From assembly GCA_001771585.1 (NCBI GenBank), contig MEUE01000001.1, positions 681,984 to 745,983 on the forward strand: a stretch of 64,000 nt of DNA, written 5' to 3'. Below are positions 20,030 through 28,881 of this stretch, piece by piece. The translations under genes and the position numbers were made by a program. The notes under the pieces were generated by a model. The model was given only the letters and a program-made list of their open reading frames with translations, searched no databases and was not told the origin of the DNA. Within the stretch, counting starts at the first letter, position 1. Each line of letters starts with the position of its first letter. This stretch comes from a candidate division WOR-1 bacterium RIFOXYB2_FULL_46_45. Its GTDB lineage: Bacteria; Margulisbacteria; WOR-1; XYC2-FULL-46-14.

Positions 20030-22057
20030 CTACCACAATTTATCCAGAGTGTATTGATCGGCATTAAAACTGCTCTGCCGGTCAAAAGCGTCGGTCAACC
20101 AGCTGAGCGCCTGAACGCTGGTCGTTTGCTTCAAGTCGGGGATAACTCCTTTAATTTCCACTTTTATCGTGTTGGTCAGCAGGTCAAAGCCCAGTGTCTG
20201 CAGTGGAAAAAAGATATATAGGGCGGTTTTCAGGTCGTGCTGTTGAATAAATTTTACCCCCATCGTAAAATTGGTTTTGCCGGAAAAATCGATCGTTCCG
20301 GAGCCCTTAAGCTCAAGTCCCGGCGCGCTGGCCGCGGCATTCCCAAAAGATATTACCTCGTTTGCGGCTTCAAAATTGCTTTTAACCTCTTTAAATTCCG
20401 GCATTTGAAATCCTTTAACCACGCTCTCCAATCCCTGCTGCGCGACCGAAAAAATCGAGGCCTTTTTAAGGTCGGCATCGGCCAATTTAAAAAAACCGCC
20501 CCCTTTAACCGTTTTATTCTCTCTCCAATCCCCAACCGCCGCCGCCCGGGCGGTCAACAGCCCTTTTAATCCGGCCAGCCGGGCGTTCACTCCGGCAAAT
20601 TTTGCCAAATCCACTTCTTCAACTTGCAACTCAATGCCCCAGCGTTTTTCGTCAAGGACCACCGCCCCAGAAAGGGTCCCGCCATAAAGGCTCGTCAACG
20701 GAATTCCGGAAGAAAACTCTCCCTCATCTACTTTCATGCCCAGAAGAAAGGAGATCGGCTCCAGCCCCCACAAAGAAAAATCGCCAAATTTTAAGCCGAG
20801 CTTCCCATGGAGAGTTTCCGGCCTATCAAGCTCTCCCCGCAAATCCCCCGAAAAGCCGATCCTCCCGGCCGCTTCGAATTCTTTTAACGGAAGCAGGCCC
20901 AAATCAATCCGGCCGGAAGCTTTGCCGGTGAAACTCAGCTTTTCTATGTCTTGAATATCGGCGGAGGCATTAAGATAAGAAGCCTCGGTGCTGCAAAGCC
21001 AATTCATTTGGGCTGAGTTGTCGGATAAGAATTTCAGATGAAAGTCATTGTCAGAAGCGCCGATTTTACCGGCAAGGTCCAGACGGCGCAACGGCAAAAA
21101 GACAACTTGTCCCGAAAGGTCAACTACCCCTCCGGGGCTTATTCCCCGTATTTTTTTTATCTTTGCCCCCTTCTCGGTGATAACCGCTTCCCCTTTTCCT
21201 TTTTCCAGCATATTTTTTTCTTCAAGCTGTAAAGCAAGGTTTTCCAGTTTTACCGCGGCATTTACTCCCAGGTGCCGGTCCCTATTGCCGTAAGAGAATT
21301 CCGCCTGAGCCTCGACTTGCGCTTTTGTGAGATGCAATGGGGAAATTAATTCGTCAATATAATAATCGCGGTAATCGGCCAGGTTGGCAAGCTTCAACTG
21401 CGCTTTGCCCTCAATCTTTCCGCTCTTGGCAGAATAATGGAATTTAAACCGGATCGCGTCCTGCCGCTTGGCATCCGCCCCCGCGGCTTCCACAAAGTAA
21501 TCTTCCCGATCCGGACTTTTTATCTCTATTTCGACATCCGTAAAATGTTTGGTGAGCCGGTTTCCGGGATTCAATTGATCGTCAAAATTAACCTGACTGC
21601 GACTGATGTTAATTTGATCGATATCAAAAAACAGGGGCTGGTCGGTCTTTCCTTTTTTAAAAAGGCCTTTCAGTACCGGCGAATAATTCCAAGCCCCTTT
21701 CCTGGAACGGGTTACGACAAGGTCCGCTTCTATTATGTCAATTTGGGGCAAGCGGATCTTGCGGGATAAAAGAGCGAGATAATCAAGGTCGATGTCTATT
21801 TCTTTGGCGGTCAAAATGGGGCTAAACTCAACCCCTTCAAGCAGAAAACCTCTGAGCGGCCGGTAGGAGATGGTTCGGATCTTTAGGCTGACCTTATTAT
21901 CACGGTTAAAGATCGCGATCTTTTTTTGGATTTCGGGGATAACAACCTTGGGAACAAAATAGTAGTTTAAGCCGCACCAAAGCAACGCAACTGCCACCAA
22001 GATTATTAATAATGCGACGCAAAGTATAATAAGGGTTTTATTTATTGCGTTTTTCAC
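20030..22057 (-). CDS. AsmA-family-like envelope protein (N-terminal TM anchor + long beta-rich periplasmic domain)
   Basis: N-terminal TM (LIILCVALLIILVAVALLW), then 640 aa of repetitive beta-strand-like sequence. Resemblance to AsmA/TamB-like is architectural only. Confidence 0.4.
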   Translation of the reverse strand: MKNAINKTLIILCVALLIILVAVALLWCGLNYYFVPKVVIPEIQKKIAIFNRDNKVSLKIRTISYRPLRGFLLEGVEFSPILTAKEIDIDLDYLALLSRKIRLPQIDIIEADLVVTRSRKGAWNYSPVLKGLFKKGKTDQPLFFDIDQINISRSQVNFDDQLNPGNRLTKHFTDVEIEIKSPDREDYFVEAAGADAKRQDAIRFKFHYSAKSGKIEGKAQLKLANLADYRDYYIDELISPLHLTKAQVEAQAEFSYGNRDRHLGVNAAVKLENLALQLEEKNMLEKGKGEAVITEKGAKIKKIRGISPGGVVDLSGQVVFLPLRRLDLAGKIGASDNDFHLKFLSDNSAQMNWLCSTEASYLNASADIQDIEKLSFTGKASGRIDLGLLPLKEFEAAGRIGFSGDLRGELDRPETLHGKLGLKFGDFSLWGLEPISFLLGMKVDEGEFSSGIPLTSLYGGTLSGAVVLDEKRWGIELQVEEVDLAKFAGVNARLAGLKGLLTARAAAVGDWRENKTVKGGGFFKLADADLKKASIFSVAQQGLESVVKGFQMPEFKEVKSNFEAANEVISFGNAAASAPGLELKGSGTIDFSGKTNFTMGVKFIQQHDLKTALYIFFPLQTLGFDLLTNTIKVEIKGVIPDLKQTTSVQALSWLTDAFDRQSSFNADQYTLDKLW

Positions 22058-22139
22058 GTTTCAGCGCGCGTTTTTCTTTGAGCGTCAATTTGGCGACCTT
22101 CTTTACGTTCCGGTCGCTCCCCTGTTCTTTGTTAGCCAT
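22038..22139 (-). CDS. possible small basic protein (33 aa, MANKEQGSDRNVKKVAKLTLKEKRALKREKRNK)
   Basis: ATG preceded by a strong RBS GGAGGTGG, 7-nt spacer. Not in the ORF track (below length cutoff). Overlaps the tabulated start of the AsmA-like gene by 20 nt. Confidence 0.3.
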   Translation of the reverse strand: MANKEQGSDRNVKKVAKLTLKEKRALKREKRNK

Positions 22140-22188
22140 TGTACCACCTCCCGTTTGATAGTATAAGCGGAGCGAACTTTTTTTGCAA

Positions 22189-23379
22189 CTAGCTTATTGC
22201 GGCAAAAGCCGCCGATTCTCCCGCAAGATACCCGGTAGAAAACGCTTCCTGCAGATTATAGCCGCCGGTTAAGCCGGCAAGGTCAAGGATCTCCCCGCAA
22301 AAATAGAGCCCTTTCACTAATTTTGACTCCATTGTCCGCGGATTGATCTCTTTAAGTGAGACCCCGCCCCTGGTTATCGTCGCCTCCTCAATCGGCCTTG
22401 AGCCGATTATTGCTATTTTAAAAGCGGCCAAGTGTCCGGCAATTGTTTCACGCTCCTGCCGGCTCAGTGTGCCGCATTTTTTGTTTAAGATCGAGGAATG
22501 AATTTTCTCAAAGACCAAAGAAAGGGAGGCGGGCAAAATCTTTTTGAAATACTGCGAGACCGTTTTCGATCCGAAAAAGGAAAAATCCTCCGGATGCAAA
22601 TTTAACGCCAGCTCGACTTTGCTTTTGTTTGAAAGGGCGTCAATAATTTTTCCGCTAAGATTTAAGATGATCGGTCCCGACACCCCAAAGTGGGTGAAGA
22701 GGAGATCCCCTTTTTCTTCTTCCTTTTTTTTACCGTCGATGATCACCGAAATAACAATATCTTTAAGGGTTAATCCCTGCAAATCTTTTATAAAGGGACT
22801 ATTTGATACTAGCGCGCTAAGTCCGGGACTAAGCGGAACGATGGTATGTCCGGCCTGTTTTGCCATTTTATATCCGTCGCCGGTAGAACCGGTAGCGGGA
22901 TAGGATTTCCCTCCGGTCGCGACAATTATTTTTGCCGCCCCCATATCTTTTATCGATTCGACCGGATTATTATGGAGTATAGTTACTTTGTTTGCTTTGA
23001 GATAGGCCCGTAAAACCGCCAGGACCGCTTCTGCCCGGCCGCTCGCGGGTAAAACTCTTCCATCCGGCTCTGTCCGCATTTTTAATCCGCGTGATTCAAA
23101 AAAACCTATCAGGTCTTTGTTTGAAAAGACCGTTAAGGCTCTATATAGAAATTTGCCCTCTTTTCCAAAGGCGGCAACCATCTCGTCAATATTCGCATTG
23201 TTGGTTATGTTGCAATGCCCTCCTCCGGTTAAGAGTAGTTTACTGCCGAGACGGTAAGTTTTTTCAAGGAGAAGTACTTTTGCCCCGCGTTCCGCCCCCC
23301 TCCCTGCCGCCATCATCCCCGCCGGCCCCCCGCCTATGACGATGATATCGAAGCGGTTTTTGGTTTTATGGGTTGGCAT
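22189..23379 (-). CDS. HI0933-family FAD-dependent flavoprotein (NAD(P)/FAD oxidoreductase)
   Basis: FDIIVIGGGPAGMMAAGRGAERGAKVLLLEK Rossmann motif at the N-terminus. Overall layout matches the HI0933-like/aminoacetone-oxidase-like family. Confidence 0.8.
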   Translation of the reverse strand: MPTHKTKNRFDIIVIGGGPAGMMAAGRGAERGAKVLLLEKTYRLGSKLLLTGGGHCNITNNANIDEMVAAFGKEGKFLYRALTVFSNKDLIGFFESRGLKMRTEPDGRVLPASGRAEAVLAVLRAYLKANKVTILHNNPVESIKDMGAAKIIVATGGKSYPATGSTGDGYKMAKQAGHTIVPLSPGLSALVSNSPFIKDLQGLTLKDIVISVIIDGKKKEEEKGDLLFTHFGVSGPIILNLSGKIIDALSNKSKVELALNLHPEDFSFFGSKTVSQYFKKILPASLSLVFEKIHSSILNKKCGTLSRQERETIAGHLAAFKIAIIGSRPIEEATITRGGVSLKEINPRTMESKLVKGLYFCGEILDLAGLTGGYNLQEAFSTGYLAGESAAFAAIS

Positions 23380-23410
23380 GATTAATTAAAGCAATCTTCA
23401 TTCCAGAGTT

Positions 23411-23452
23411 ATTATTTTATGTTATTATATGCCGGTTAGCAAGGAGGGAATT
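23411..23452 (+). promoter_or_regulatory. conserved ~37-bp leader motif ending in RBS (copy 1), shared with the P-type ATPase leader
   Basis: ttttatgttattatatgccggttagcaaggaggga is 31/35 identical to ttttatgttattctgttccggctagcaaggaggga at 28781-28817. Confidence 0.35.
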
Positions 23453-23455
23453 ATT

Positions 23456-23704
23456 ATGAAACTGGATCCGTTAAAGTTCGGGTTATCGGCCGGGATCATT
23501 TGGGGAATCGGCGTGTTTATGATGGCGCTAATCGCCAAAGAGACCTCGTACGGCATCGGATTTGTGAGCGCCCTGGGCAAAATTTATATCGGCGAAGGGC
23601 CCACTTTCTTGGGAGCAATTTTGGGGATGATTTACGGCTTTTTTGACGCCGGGATCGGTTTCTTCGTTTTCGCCTGGCTTTACAATAAATTGGCCGGAAA
23701 ATAA
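23456..23704 (+). CDS. small membrane protein (2 TM), unknown function
   Basis: 82 aa, two hydrophobic helices, RBS AAGGAGGG 6 nt upstream. Start moved from 23429 to the RBS-supported ATG. Confidence 0.45.
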   Translation: MKLDPLKFGLSAGIIWGIGVFMMALIAKETSYGIGFVSALGKIYIGEGPTFLGAILGMIYGFFDAGIGFFVFAWLYNKLAGK

Positions 23705-23723
23705 CCCGGAGTATTTCCCCGTA

Positions 23724-24974
23724 TCATTTGCTGGCTTCCATCATGGCGCTGGTAATATTGTAAACATTCTCGAACGTCTGCGCCGAGTTGTAGGCATGTC
23801 CCCATTTTGAGGCGTCAATGGCTTCCGCGCTGGCGATTGCGGCGACAACCGCCGTATCGTTTGCGGCAACTTCTCCGGAATAAAAACCTTTTAATATCGT
23901 CAGGACATCTTTTACGTCCTGCAACGAGATTTCCTCCGTGTAAACGTCCGCGCTGGCGTTGAGCATCGCGTTTAACCAGCCAAGCTGCCAGATGTAGCGC
24001 TTACCGTACGCCACGGAACTACTGCCGACTTCATATGTCGCGCTAACCTCCAAAAGAGGCAGATCGGAAGAGCTGGTGCCAAAAGCGTCCGTTATGACCT
24101 TGCTTGGCGGCCATGTATCTGGATTGGTAAAAGGGTTTTGTCCGCGGTTGTAAAAATAAGACATCACCTGTCCAAAGCAATTAAACGCACCAAGAGTTCC
24201 CGGCGCTTCACTTGTTACAACCGATGTTTTAAAGGGATATTGGGTTGATCCGTTCTTTCTGGTATAGGCGACCGCCCATTTTGCCAGGTTAAAATCCGAG
24301 TACGGCCTATTGTTGTAAGCGACCCGATTCTTGGAGTACGACTTGGCCTCATAATACCCTTTTTCAACGGACGACCAGACAAAGCCTTTTTCATTTATTT
24401 TGTTCAAAGTAGGATAGTTGGTGGGATAGACAAAAGTAGCTCCCCCATCCAAATTATTCAAGAAGGCATAGTATTCTCCCATCCCCTCGGCAACAGTCGA
24501 AGGCTTGTCATCTATCTGGTAATAGCCCGATTTTAAAACCTCCGTAATTGGAGCAAATCTTGTTTCCTGGAAAGCGGTCGCCAGCCATTGGTTGACGTTC
24601 GCCCCGGTCATGATGTCGTTTGTTTCGGCACTGGTCGCCCCTGCCGCCGTCAGTTCGTTTTCCAAGTCGGTCAATTTCAGAAAAACGCAGTAGCCGATCG
24701 CCATTGCCAGTGCCGAGTTTTTTATCCCCTTTGATTCGTCCGAAGAAAGGGCCAGCACCGTTAAGGGGACCAGTTCCACTCCGTCCTGCGAGATCGCGAC
24801 GCTGATCGGCTTTGTGCTTAAGGTGAAAGTATTGTAACTGGAAAGTACCGGCAGATATTCCTCATTATTGGTGGTGGCAGTTCGGCCGCATCCGCCCACA
24901 AAATAGTAGACCAGCAAAAAAACGACCAGAAGCAACAGGACAAGCGCGAATAAGACCGAAAAACTCTTTTTCAT
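23724..24974 (-). CDS. exported hypothetical protein (possible lipoprotein, lipobox-like VGGC)
   Basis: N-terminal hydrophobic segment, then …FVGGCGRT. Rich in Y/N/T/S. No family recognised. Confidence 0.4.
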   Translation of the reverse strand: MKKSFSVLFALVLLLLVVFLLVYYFVGGCGRTATTNNEEYLPVLSSYNTFTLSTKPISVAISQDGVELVPLTVLALSSDESKGIKNSALAMAIGYCVFLKLTDLENELTAAGATSAETNDIMTGANVNQWLATAFQETRFAPITEVLKSGYYQIDDKPSTVAEGMGEYYAFLNNLDGGATFVYPTNYPTLNKINEKGFVWSSVEKGYYEAKSYSKNRVAYNNRPYSDFNLAKWAVAYTRKNGSTQYPFKTSVVTSEAPGTLGAFNCFGQVMSYFYNRGQNPFTNPDTWPPSKVITDAFGTSSSDLPLLEVSATYEVGSSSVAYGKRYIWQLGWLNAMLNASADVYTEEISLQDVKDVLTILKGFYSGEVAANDTAVVAAIASAEAIDASKWGHAYNSAQTFENVYNITSAMMEASK

Positions 24975-25103
24975 TACAACCCTCTTTTTATGCCCGTAGT
25001 ATATGCTAATTATGTGCTCAAAGCAAGAGATTCATGCGACAGATAAGCCTTGCCCCTTAAAGCATTTTAATATAAAATTAAGCGTTAAAAAAAGGGGGAC
25101 TCG

Positions 25104-26138
25104 ATGAAAAAATTAGTTGTTATTTGCGTCCTGTTTTGCCTCATCGCTCCGCAAGCCTTCACCTGCACCGATTTTCAGATCAAAGCAAAAGATGACAGCG
25201 TTGTCATCGGCCGTTCGATGGAATTTCCGGCCGACCTGAAATCGAACGTGGTCGTCGTCCCGCGCGGGATTCAGAATTCAAAATACGCCTTTATAGCGAT
25301 TGACGCGCTGGAGATAAAAAACTGCTATGTGGACGGTTTTAATGAAAAAGGGCTCTCCTTTGACGGACTGATGTTTACGGGAGCGGAGTATCAGGCTCCT
25401 ATTCCCGGAAAGGTTGTATATCTAAACAATCTTACTTCCTGGGTACTCGGCAATTTCGCCACAGTGGATGAAGTAAAAAAAGCTCTGCCGCAGATTACAA
25501 TTTCTGAATCCCCGATTAAAAAAGTTAAAGACTTAGGAATGCACTTTGCCGTCCATGATGCGCTGGGTAAAAACCTGGTGATCGAATGCATAAACGGGGA
25601 AATAAAAGTTTACGACAATCCCATTGGAGTTATGACCAACCGGCCGGAATTCGACTGGCACATCAACAATCTTCGCAATTATATCAATCTTGACTCGCGC
25701 GACAAAAAACCAAAGACCATCAACGGCCAAAAGATCGAGCCGACCGGCGTCGGCAGCGGGATGCTGGGCCTTCCCGGTGACTGGACGCCGCCGTCAAGGT
25801 TTGTGCGGACCGCTCTTTGTCTAAACGCCGCGCTACAACCGAAAAATTCGGCGGAAGCGGTGAACCTGGCGGAGCACATCTTGAATATAGTTGATATCCC
25901 CAAGGGAGTTGTAAAAGAGCCGACCGCATTCCCCTTTGTCGACCTGTACGGGAACGCCCAATGGGTGATAATAAAAGATTTGACCAACAAAGTCTTATAT
26001 TATAAAACTTATGACAATACCGCCTGGAAAACAATTGATCTGAAAAAATTCAACCTCGATCCCGGAAATCCGATAAAATCAGTATCGATTGGGGAAAAGG
26101 ACCCGGCCTGTCTTGACATGAGCGGGAAATTAAAATAA
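25104..26138 (+). CDS. choloylglycine hydrolase / penicillin V acylase family (Ntn linear-amide C-N hydrolase), secreted
   Basis: Signal peptide MKKLVVICVLFCLIAPQAF followed immediately by a Cys (TCTDFQIK). This Cys would be the N-terminal nucleophile, the hallmark of the CBAH family. Confidence 0.7.
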   Translation: MKKLVVICVLFCLIAPQAFTCTDFQIKAKDDSVVIGRSMEFPADLKSNVVVVPRGIQNSKYAFIAIDALEIKNCYVDGFNEKGLSFDGLMFTGAEYQAPIPGKVVYLNNLTSWVLGNFATVDEVKKALPQITISESPIKKVKDLGMHFAVHDALGKNLVIECINGEIKVYDNPIGVMTNRPEFDWHINNLRNYINLDSRDKKPKTINGQKIEPTGVGSGMLGLPGDWTPPSRFVRTALCLNAALQPKNSAEAVNLAEHILNIVDIPKGVVKEPTAFPFVDLYGNAQWVIIKDLTNKVLYYKTYDNTAWKTIDLKKFNLDPGNPIKSVSIGEKDPACLDMSGKLK

Positions 26139-26178
26139 CTGAGGATTTTAATGCTCCCTGCCTTTGCCGGTCATTGTA

Positions 26179-26265
26179 TTTTCTACACATACAGCGTCTG
26201 CGCGGAATAAGCAAACTCTATGCCCCTCTTTTCAAATTCTTCCTTAATCGCGAAATTAATTTCCT
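26179..26265 (-). pseudogene. orphan copy of the 3' end of mscS (~87 bp, ~92% identical to 27709-27795), interrupted by a stop
   Basis: Direct sequence comparison: ttttctacacatacagcgtctgcgcggaataagcaaactctatgcccctcttttcaaattcttccttaatcgcgaaattaatttcct versus the native mscS 3' end. Confidence 0.6.
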
Positions 26266-26291
26266 ATCAAATATCAAAAGCCGTATCCAAA

Positions 26292-26373
26292 GATTATTCT
26301 TCTTTGGGTTGGACTCTTTGCCATAGTGGAAGTCGAAAAAAAGATTAGGAAGCTGTCTTTCAATTCTTGGCCC
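26292..26373 (+). pseudogene. orphan copy of the 3' end of the P-type ATPase gene (~80 bp, matches 31494-31585 with a 9-bp deletion removing the stop)
   Basis: gattattcttctttgggttggactctttgccatagtggaagtcgaaaaaaagattaggaagctgtctttcaattcttggccc versus the native ATPase 3' end. Confidence 0.6.
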
Positions 26374-26382
26374 AAGCAACTG

Positions 26383-27666
26383 CTACAGGTTTTCATCGAG
26401 CCAGTTATAGATCTTTTCGTTGGATATCATGGACGCGCCAAGTTGGCAGTGTTCCTCGGCCCCTTCTTCGCGGGTAAAAAGCAGATATTTTTTAGGGCAG
26501 GTCAGCGCGTTGAACAATTTCTTGGATTGTCCGGGCAGGTCCTTATCGTCTTGTGAATCAACAACAAGCATCTTGCATTTTATTTTTGAGGCAATCCCCT
26601 TCATCGTGTAGGGTCTTGTGGCTTTGATAAACCCGGACGGTGTCTTTACCCCAAAAACCCACATGCCGTTTCCGATCGCCCAACGCAAGCCAGGATTTTT
26701 TTTCATAACCCTATACATTTGGGCGTCTATCTCTTTAACGGCCTTGGGATTGTCCAGTTGTTTCTCAAAACCTGCCGGCTGCCGCTTGACCATGTTCTCA
26801 TGGAAATCATATATTCCGCCGTTGGCGATACAGACCTTTATCCTGGGTTCAAAAGCCGCCGCCCGCGGCGCAAGATAGCCGCCAAAGCTTATTCCCATCA
26901 GCGCGATGCGGTCCGGGTCCGTCTCTTTTTGCGCGACGGCAAAATCTATGACCGGCGTGACAACTTTTTCCCAGTCATGGCGGAAAGGTAGCTTCTGCTC
27001 CCGTATCACTTCTCCCTGTCCCGGCCCTTCAAAAACCAGGATATTGTAACCACGCTTTAAAGCGGCAAAGCCCACCTGCGGGACAAGTTCTTCCCCTGTT
27101 CCGTCAAAGCCGGTCTGAATGATCAACAAGGGGAGTTTTTTTCCGGTATTGTCCACTGTCCCAAAATATCCCGGCAGAGTCGTTCTTTCATACGGTATCC
27201 TTACCGCGCGAATAACGGGTTTTTCAATTTTATCGATGGCCTTCAGGAACATGTCTCGGCTTTTTCTCCAGGCCTTCATGATCCGCGGGTCGGACGGGTC
27301 TTTGTGGAGGAAGAATTCCGCCGAACGGTAATAATTTGAAGCGCGCAAATAAGCTTCACTCGCGCTTATTCTGTGTCCTTTGGACGCGAACTCATCGGCT
27401 GCGGATTCGGCCTGTTTGGCGGTCCTGGCCCATTCATCGTACCAGCTGTCGTCATCGCCTTCCTTAATACGGTAGCCGGTCTTTAAGCATTCTCCGATGT
27501 CGGAGGCGCCACCCGGCGCCGCACCCAATGCCCTCAAAAGCTGGAAAGAATACTGATTATCCTTGAAGATAATGTTCGCGGCAAAAATATCTGGGGCAAA
27601 AGCCAAAGATGCGATAAGGACCAAAATAAAACAGGCGGTTCTTTTCATGGTTTTTTTCTGTTTCAT
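26383..27666 (-). CDS. secreted alpha/beta-hydrolase (dienelactone hydrolase / S9 peptidase-like fold)
   Basis: Signal peptide MKQKKTMKRTACFILVLIASLAFA. Nucleophile elbow GISFGGYLA (GxSxG). Start chosen at MKQ; the tabulated start adds 18 non-signal residues. Confidence 0.7.
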   Translation of the reverse strand: MKQKKTMKRTACFILVLIASLAFAPDIFAANIIFKDNQYSFQLLRALGAAPGGASDIGECLKTGYRIKEGDDDSWYDEWARTAKQAESAADEFASKGHRISASEAYLRASNYYRSAEFFLHKDPSDPRIMKAWRKSRDMFLKAIDKIEKPVIRAVRIPYERTTLPGYFGTVDNTGKKLPLLIIQTGFDGTGEELVPQVGFAALKRGYNILVFEGPGQGEVIREQKLPFRHDWEKVVTPVIDFAVAQKETDPDRIALMGISFGGYLAPRAAAFEPRIKVCIANGGIYDFHENMVKRQPAGFEKQLDNPKAVKEIDAQMYRVMKKNPGLRWAIGNGMWVFGVKTPSGFIKATRPYTMKGIASKIKCKMLVVDSQDDKDLPGQSKKLFNALTCPKKYLLFTREEGAEEHCQLGASMISNEKIYNWLDENL

Positions 27667-27703
27667 TATTTTATTGATGGAATTATAACATATAAGCCGA
27701 AAA

Positions 27704-28756
27704 TTATGTTTTCTGCACATACAGCGTCTGCGTGGGATAAGCGAACTCTATGCCCCGCTTTTCAAATTCTTCCTTAACCGCGAAATTAATCTCCTGCCGG
27801 ACATCCATATATTTGTTGTAATCGGGACTTAAAATAAAATATACGACTTCAAATATAAGGCTAAAATCCCCATAACTAAAGAAATGAGCCCGGTCAAAAG
27901 CCGTATCTTTAGTCTCCCTAATAACCTTTTCAATGATCTTTGGGAGCTCCTTCAGCTGGTCAAGGGAAGTCTGATATGTCACGCCCAAACTGAATACGAC
28001 ACGTCTTTTCTCCATGCGCTTATAATTACGAACACGCGAATCCGTAAGATCGGTATTGGAAAAAATCAATTGCTCACCGCCCAAACTGCGCAAACGGGTC
28101 GTTTTAATCCCGATATATTCGACCGAACCCATAAAATCACCGATAACTATAAAATCTCCCAACTTAAAGGGCCGGTCAAAAACTATCGAGAAATAGCCGA
28201 AGAAATCTTTAAGCAAGGCCTGCGCGGCTATCGCAACGGCGATACCCCCGATACCCAAACCGGCAATCATTGTCGTAACCTTAAAACCGATATTATCCAA
28301 AAAAATTATAAGGGCAAGCGACCATATCAAAAATTTCACCACGTTCAACATTCCGTCAAGACTACGCGCCAATGCGGGATCTTCCTGCTTTTTGGTTAAA
28401 TACATCTTTAAGCTGTAACCCAACAACAAAATAATTATACGTGCCGAAAAAAAAGTAATCACGGCCAATTGCAGAACGTTAATTACGCTATCTAACCCTG
28501 CGGGCAATTTTAAAATTTTTGAGGCCAAATAAAAACAGGTAAGGTACAAGACCGGCACGACAATTTTTTCAAGAATTGTTGCCAGCAAATCATCAAGCGT
28601 TGTTGCCGTTGTTTCGGAGAATTTCTTAAGGCGCTTGACAAAGAAATAAGCGACAACCTTTACGGTCAATAAACCAAACAGCAGCGCCATTACAAAAACA
28701 AGATAATCCAAGACCTGATTGCCAAAGAATACTTGATCTAAAATTTTTGGTTCCAT
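27704..28756 (-). CDS. mechanosensitive ion channel, MscS family
   Basis: Three N-terminal TM helices, then a conserved MscS beta-domain (…GDFIVIGDFMGSVEYIGIKTTRLRSLGGEQLIFSNTDL…). Confidence 0.85.
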   Translation of the reverse strand: MEPKILDQVFFGNQVLDYLVFVMALLFGLLTVKVVAYFFVKRLKKFSETTATTLDDLLATILEKIVVPVLYLTCFYLASKILKLPAGLDSVINVLQLAVITFFSARIIILLLGYSLKMYLTKKQEDPALARSLDGMLNVVKFLIWSLALIIFLDNIGFKVTTMIAGLGIGGIAVAIAAQALLKDFFGYFSIVFDRPFKLGDFIVIGDFMGSVEYIGIKTTRLRSLGGEQLIFSNTDLTDSRVRNYKRMEKRRVVFSLGVTYQTSLDQLKELPKIIEKVIRETKDTAFDRAHFFSYGDFSLIFEVVYFILSPDYNKYMDVRQEINFAVKEEFEKRGIEFAYPTQTLYVQKT

Positions 28757-28780
28757 CTTTTAATTTTTCTCCTTTTTATC

Positions 28781-28817
28781 ATTTTATGTTATTCTGTTCC
28801 GGCTAGCAAGGAGGGAG
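28781..28817 (+). promoter_or_regulatory. conserved ~37-bp leader motif ending in RBS (copy 2), followed by a putative 11-codon uORF (MRFPFKTIPSM, 28834-28869) upstream of the P-type ATPase
   Basis: See copy 1 at 23411-23452. The ATG at 28834 lies about 16 nt after the GGAGGG. The uORF stop is 12 nt before the ATPase start. Confidence 0.3.
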
Positions 28818-28881
28818 TTGTTTTTTTGCCCAATGCGGTTCCCTTTCAAAACAATCCCGAGTATGTGATAATTAATAATCG

